From an uncultured virus (IMG/VR IMGVR_UViG_3300032160_000002) (Duplodnaviria; Heunggongvirae; Uroviricota; Caudoviricetes), in IMG/VR virus record IMGVR_UViG_3300032160_000002: a stretch of 20,000 bases of DNA. One strand, 5' to 3'. The notes below the pieces were generated by a model. It was given only the letters and a program-made list of their open reading frames with translations, was not told where the DNA came from and searched no databases. Positions 17,022-20,000 of the stretch are shown piece by piece (within the stretch, counting starts at the first letter, position 1; each line of letters begins with the position of its first letter). A program made the position numbers and the translations under genes.

Positions 17022-17348
17022 ATGAACCCTTTCGACGGGCTTGCGCACTACCTGCTCGGCCGACTGGAGCAGAAGATCATTCAGGGCTGGGCGCGCTTTC
17101 TGTTTCAGATGGCGTTTTCGGCTTTCGTCTCGTTCTGCTTCGTCTGCGGGTCGGTCATGGTCTCGACGAAATCCGTCATTACCGGTGTGGGCTCCGGCCT
17201 GGTGATCGTTGCCATCGTGCTCACCGTATTTTTCCGCACTTCCAAATTAACCGCCGGGATGATCGCCGTGCTGCCCTCTGCTGAGGCTGCCCAAGAGATC
17301 GTCACGGGAATTCAAACGATTACCAAACCTGAGGAGAAAACCAAATGA
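17022..17348 (+). CDS. two-TM membrane protein, holin candidate (108 aa)
   Basis: TM segments FLFQMAFSAFVSFCFVCGSVMV and VITGVGSGLVIVAIVLTVFF with a charged C-terminus; ATGA overlap with the next gene. Confidence 0.65.
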   Translation: MNPFDGLAHYLLGRLEQKIIQGWARFLFQMAFSAFVSFCFVCGSVMVSTKSVITGVGSGLVIVAIVLTVFFRTSKLTAGMIAVLPSAEAAQEIVTGIQTITKPEEKTK

Positions 17349-17665
17349 GCTTCAAAGGTCTTATCACCAAAGCCGTCGCCGACGAACAGAAGATCAAAGC
17401 CGACATTGCGAAAGCTGCGTCAGCAGTGGACGGCGTCGTTGTCAAACTGGAAGCCGATGCACCGGAAATCGAAGCCGTCGCCAACGTCGCACTGCCTGGC
17501 GTCGGGAACTTCGTTCCGCTCGGCCTCACTCTGCTAGAAGGCGTCGCGGATATTCTCGACAAAGGGGATGCCGTGGCAGAGAAGAACCTGACCGATGCTG
17601 GCCTTGACTCTTCCCTGCTCGCCTCAGTGAAGGCCGAGCTCGCGAACATCAAGAAGTTAGTGTGA
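17345..17665 (+). CDS. hypothetical helical protein in the lysis cluster (106 aa)
   Basis: GAGGAG RBS upstream, ATGA and GTGA overlaps with neighbours, Ala/Val/Asp-rich amphipathic sequence. Confidence 0.8.
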   Translation: MSFKGLITKAVADEQKIKADIAKAASAVDGVVVKLEADAPEIEAVANVALPGVGNFVPLGLTLLEGVADILDKGDAVAEKNLTDAGLDSSLLASVKAELANIKKLV

Positions 17666-17862
17666 GTCTCAGCCACTGCACCGATTGCGGCTCCTGGGGA
17701 CATCGTGCTAACAGTGCGCGCTGTCCCTACCGAGCTGTATTACGAAGGCAAGATCCGTTTGGATTGAATCCGCCAAGGCCACAGGAAGCGGACTCGCGCA
17801 TTGTGGATCCGGCGATAAGAGACGCGACGGCGAGTACGGTGTTTCTGCCGGGGCTGCGCTAA
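17662..17862 (+). CDS. small protein with CCHC zinc-knuckle-like motif (66 aa)
   Basis: GTGA coupling to the previous gene; motif CTDCGSWGHRANSARC. Confidence 0.55.
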   Translation: MSLSHCTDCGSWGHRANSARCPYRAVLRRQDPFGLNPPRPQEADSRIVDPAIRDATASTVFLPGLR

Positions 17863-18248
17863 CTCGCCTCTCTCAGCCGTCTCGGCGGAGGAAGAATCTC
17901 CGGCTCCGGCAGAGCATTCTCAAACTCCATCTCGGAGATTTTCCCTTCCCGCTCGATGATCAGTTCAAACATTTCCTGAAAGGCTGCATGTACCTCGGGC
18001 CGCTGTGTCCCGGTGAGTTTACTGATCATCTCAAACGCCGCGAAGTTGAAGAAGTCTGGTTCCGGTGGGCCCGGGCGGATCGCAAGCACCATGGTGCAAG
18101 AGGGGCAAATGTAGATCACGGGCGCGGAAGCTTTGCGTCGTGGCTTCATTCCCGCCGTCTGGCAGAACATGAAAACCGCGAGAGCCTTATCACTGACTTG
18201 GATCTCAGCCCCACAGCGGCGGCAGGTGGTACGTTCTCTGGCAGGCAT
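17859..18248 (-). CDS. putative Zn-binding hypothetical protein (129 aa)
   Basis: CRRC and CPSC pairs with an acidic C-terminus. ATG 18248 is preceded by AAAGGGG; convergent 4-bp overlap with the 66-aa gene. Confidence 0.7.
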   Translation of the reverse strand: MPARERTTCRRCGAEIQVSDKALAVFMFCQTAGMKPRRKASAPVIYICPSCTMVLAIRPGPPEPDFFNFAAFEMISKLTGTQRPEVHAAFQEMFELIIEREGKISEMEFENALPEPEILPPPRRLREAS

Positions 18249-18269
18249 TCTGTTATCCCCTTTGCCGCA

Positions 18270-18289
18270 TGCTAGCACGGTGCTAGCAC
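18270..18289. promoter_or_regulatory. tandem palindromic operator-like site (TGCTAGCA x2, 11-bp period)
   Basis: TGCTAGCA at 18270-18277 and 18281-18288, in the divergent intergenic region. Confidence 0.5.
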
Positions 18290-18422
18290 TCGATTGACGG
18301 GCTTTTCCTGATCGAGTGGCCGGACTCAGACTCGTTAACCCTCAGCTTCGATTTGAGCTTTGGTTACTTCGGTTCCTAGGAAGGGAGCCGGGGGGCGGGC
18401 TAGGATTTCAGGCGGAGGATTT

Positions 18423-18704
18423 ATGGAAGGAACTTCTTTTATCGGCCATCTCCGCGAGATCCGCTCGAATCTGCGTGACTCTATCCGGTCTATCGGGCAA
18501 TTCGAGACGAAACTTGTCGGCCCGCGGCCCTCAGAAGGGAACGCGCCGAAGGAAGCCTGTGAATCGGTAGCAACTCTACTGGGTGAAATCGGCGTTCTTA
18601 GTTCTCAACTCATGAAAGCACTCGCTCACCAGCACGAAATTATAGGTGACTTCACGCCGACCCAAGCCGGGATCGCCGACGCATCACTCGCACGCTACGC
18701 CTAA
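18423..18704 (+). CDS. hypothetical coiled-coil protein (93 aa)
   Basis: GGAGG at 18414-18418 upstream of ATG 18423; TAATG overlap with the next gene. Confidence 0.7.
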   Translation: MEGTSFIGHLREIRSNLRDSIRSIGQFETKLVGPRPSEGNAPKEACESVATLLGEIGVLSSQLMKALAHQHEIIGDFTPTQAGIADASLARYA

Positions 18705-19114
18705 TGCCCACCGCTGCCGCCAAAGAGACCGCTGTCGTCACCAAAGTCGAGCTCTCAGAGATCGCAAAATTGGAGACTGACTACGCGAAAGCGAAAAGGA
18801 AAGTCATTGACACCGAGAAGGATCTCAAGTTCCACCGCATCCAACTCGCGGAAAAAGTCCTTGGGGTGAAATCGCAAGACGAGTTGAAAGCGCTCTCACC
18901 GGCGGAAGTACAGAAGCGCATGGAGAAGCGGTTCGACGCGGGCGATTGGAAGGCGGAGCGCGGTGCGCCGGAATTCCAGTTTGTGAAATCGTCTTCTGGA
19001 AGCTATCCCGCCTGGGCGAAACTCTTCGTCCAGGAGCTCGGGGAAACCGCGGCCGCCCGAATTAAAGCTGAAACTGACGTGACCTACTCGTACTGTGTTG
19101 AAGTGACTTTGTGA
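18704..19114 (+). CDS. hypothetical phage protein (136 aa, N-terminal coiled coil)
   Basis: Translationally coupled start, typical codon usage, Lys/Glu-rich; no family recognised. Confidence 0.8.
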   Translation: MPTAAAKETAVVTKVELSEIAKLETDYAKAKRKVIDTEKDLKFHRIQLAEKVLGVKSQDELKALSPAEVQKRMEKRFDAGDWKAERGAPEFQFVKSSSGSYPAWAKLFVQELGETAAARIKAETDVTYSYCVEVTL

Positions 19115-19188
19115 ACTACGACGCCATCGCGGTTGTGATCTTCCTGCTCCTGATCCTCTCCACTCTTCGTCCCACTCCTCGCAGTTAG
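19111..19188 (+). CDS. putative 25-aa single-TM micropeptide
   Basis: GTGA overlap with the previous stop; MNYDAIAVVIFLLLILSTLRPTPRS*. Confidence 0.45.
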   Translation: MNYDAIAVVIFLLLILSTLRPTPRS

Positions 19189-19291
19189 TTTTTTCTCGCC
19201 TCCCGCTTTCCTGCTCTGTCCCAAAATCCACTCAGGTTGGCAGTCGGTTTGCATTCGCCGTTTCGACAGGCGGGGGTTGCTGCTCTGGTTT

Positions 19292-19485
19292 TTCTGCTGC
19301 GGTGTTTAGTAAGTAGGCGCGCGGTTTTGGCGCGCGACCGATTGCCCTTTCTGCTATGTAGTTTCTGCTTCTGGTTTTTTCTTCTGCTTCTGTGGTAGTA
19401 GATTCTTCTGCTTCTGCTTCTATTAGTAGCTCCTGAAATCAGCACAAGGTTTTTCTGCTGCTGCTGGGGTTTCGCCTTTTCTGCT
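19292..19485. repeat. cluster of 8 TTCTGCT heptamers in a T-rich, strand-skewed, probably non-coding region
   Basis: TTCTGCT starts at 19292, 19349, 19363, 19382, 19406, 19412, 19453 and 19479. Confidence 0.7.
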
Positions 19486-19529
19486 GCAACGCGCTGCGCA
19501 AGTTTCGCCTTTTTCCACAAAATTAGGGC

Positions 19530-19558
19530 TTGACGACGTATTATGTTCGTATTACATT
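19530..19558 (+). promoter_or_regulatory. sigma70-type promoter
   Basis: TTGACG (19530-19535), 17-nt spacer, TACATT (19553-19558), in a locally AT-rich context just before ATG 19561/19567. Confidence 0.55.
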
Positions 19559-19566
19559 TCATGGGC

Positions 19567-19893
19567 ATGAGCCTCGGACGCAAGCGCACCTGCCCAATCT
19601 GTCACACCAAATTCAATCCAGTCGTCGAGTGGCAAGTCTGCGATACCCGCAGATGCACGAATGTTCTCAACGTGCGCCGATGCCGGGCGAGAAAACGGGC
19701 CGGTGGTGGTGACGATGGAGGGGGGCCGCACGGCAGACGCTCTCAGCTTGGGCTCTTTCCCAAACCACCGAAAGCGGCGAAGCGCACCCCTGTCCCGGCG
19801 CCTACGCTGTTCGATGACGACGGGCCAAGTGGACTCCACGCCACGGTGGCCGTCGGGTTTGACCAGGACGGTGTACCTGTTATCGGACATTGA
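19567..19893 (+). CDS. small C4 zinc-finger protein (108 aa)
   Basis: RTCPICHTKFNP...QVCDTRRC....VRRCRARKR: CxxC..CxxxC followed by a basic helix, as in small phage DNA-binding proteins. Start uncertain (19543/19561/19567). Confidence 0.65.
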   Translation: MSLGRKRTCPICHTKFNPVVEWQVCDTRRCTNVLNVRRCRARKRAGGGDDGGGPHGRRSQLGLFPKPPKAAKRTPVPAPTLFDDDGPSGLHATVAVGFDQDGVPVIGH

Positions 19894-20000
19894 CTCCGTC
19901 GACCGCCTGAACACTGCTCGAAACTCAGCCAAGATGGCTGCCCGCGCCGGGGCATAGCCGAAGGGTTCTGTGGTGCGCGCCCCCCCAGTTCCCCTTTTCT

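Noticed and set aside
19292..19485. CRISPR-like array
   Set aside because: The repeats are only 7 nt and irregularly spaced, with no 25-45-nt repeat/spacer periodicity.
19185..19589. 134-aa basic minus-strand ORF across the repeat region
   Set aside because: Its low-complexity R/S/K/Q content follows from the AGCAGAA repeats and it has no convincing RBS. The alternative EAEAE-reading frame is bounded by stops and has no ATG start. Not fully excluded.
19894..20000. GC-rich non-coding end of the window as a possible tRNA or ncRNA
   Set aside because: No T-loop GTTCRA with cloverleaf stems is visible and the context is truncated.

Overview
This GC-rich window looks like part of a tailed dsDNA phage or prophage. 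On the + strand it carries the end of an upstream gene, an HTH-containing putative terminase small subunit and a terminase large subunit (TerL). Three large Gly/Ser/Thr/Cys-rich proteins with signal peptides follow (520, 1278 and 2174 aa; lectin-like, beta-helix and Ig-like features). After them come a lytic-transglycosylase/holin-like lysis cluster, several small Zn-finger-type genes and a repeat-rich non-coding region. The standout is a 305-aa intein in TerL (1710-2624) with no recognisable endonuclease in its own frame. Instead, the opposite strand of the intein encodes a complete HNH endonuclease with two HTH motifs (2529->1768). This gene has its own Shine-Dalgarno site and a near-consensus sigma70 promoter written into the codons of the intein C-terminal splicing blocks. 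All family calls are from motif recognition by eye; no database searches were run.
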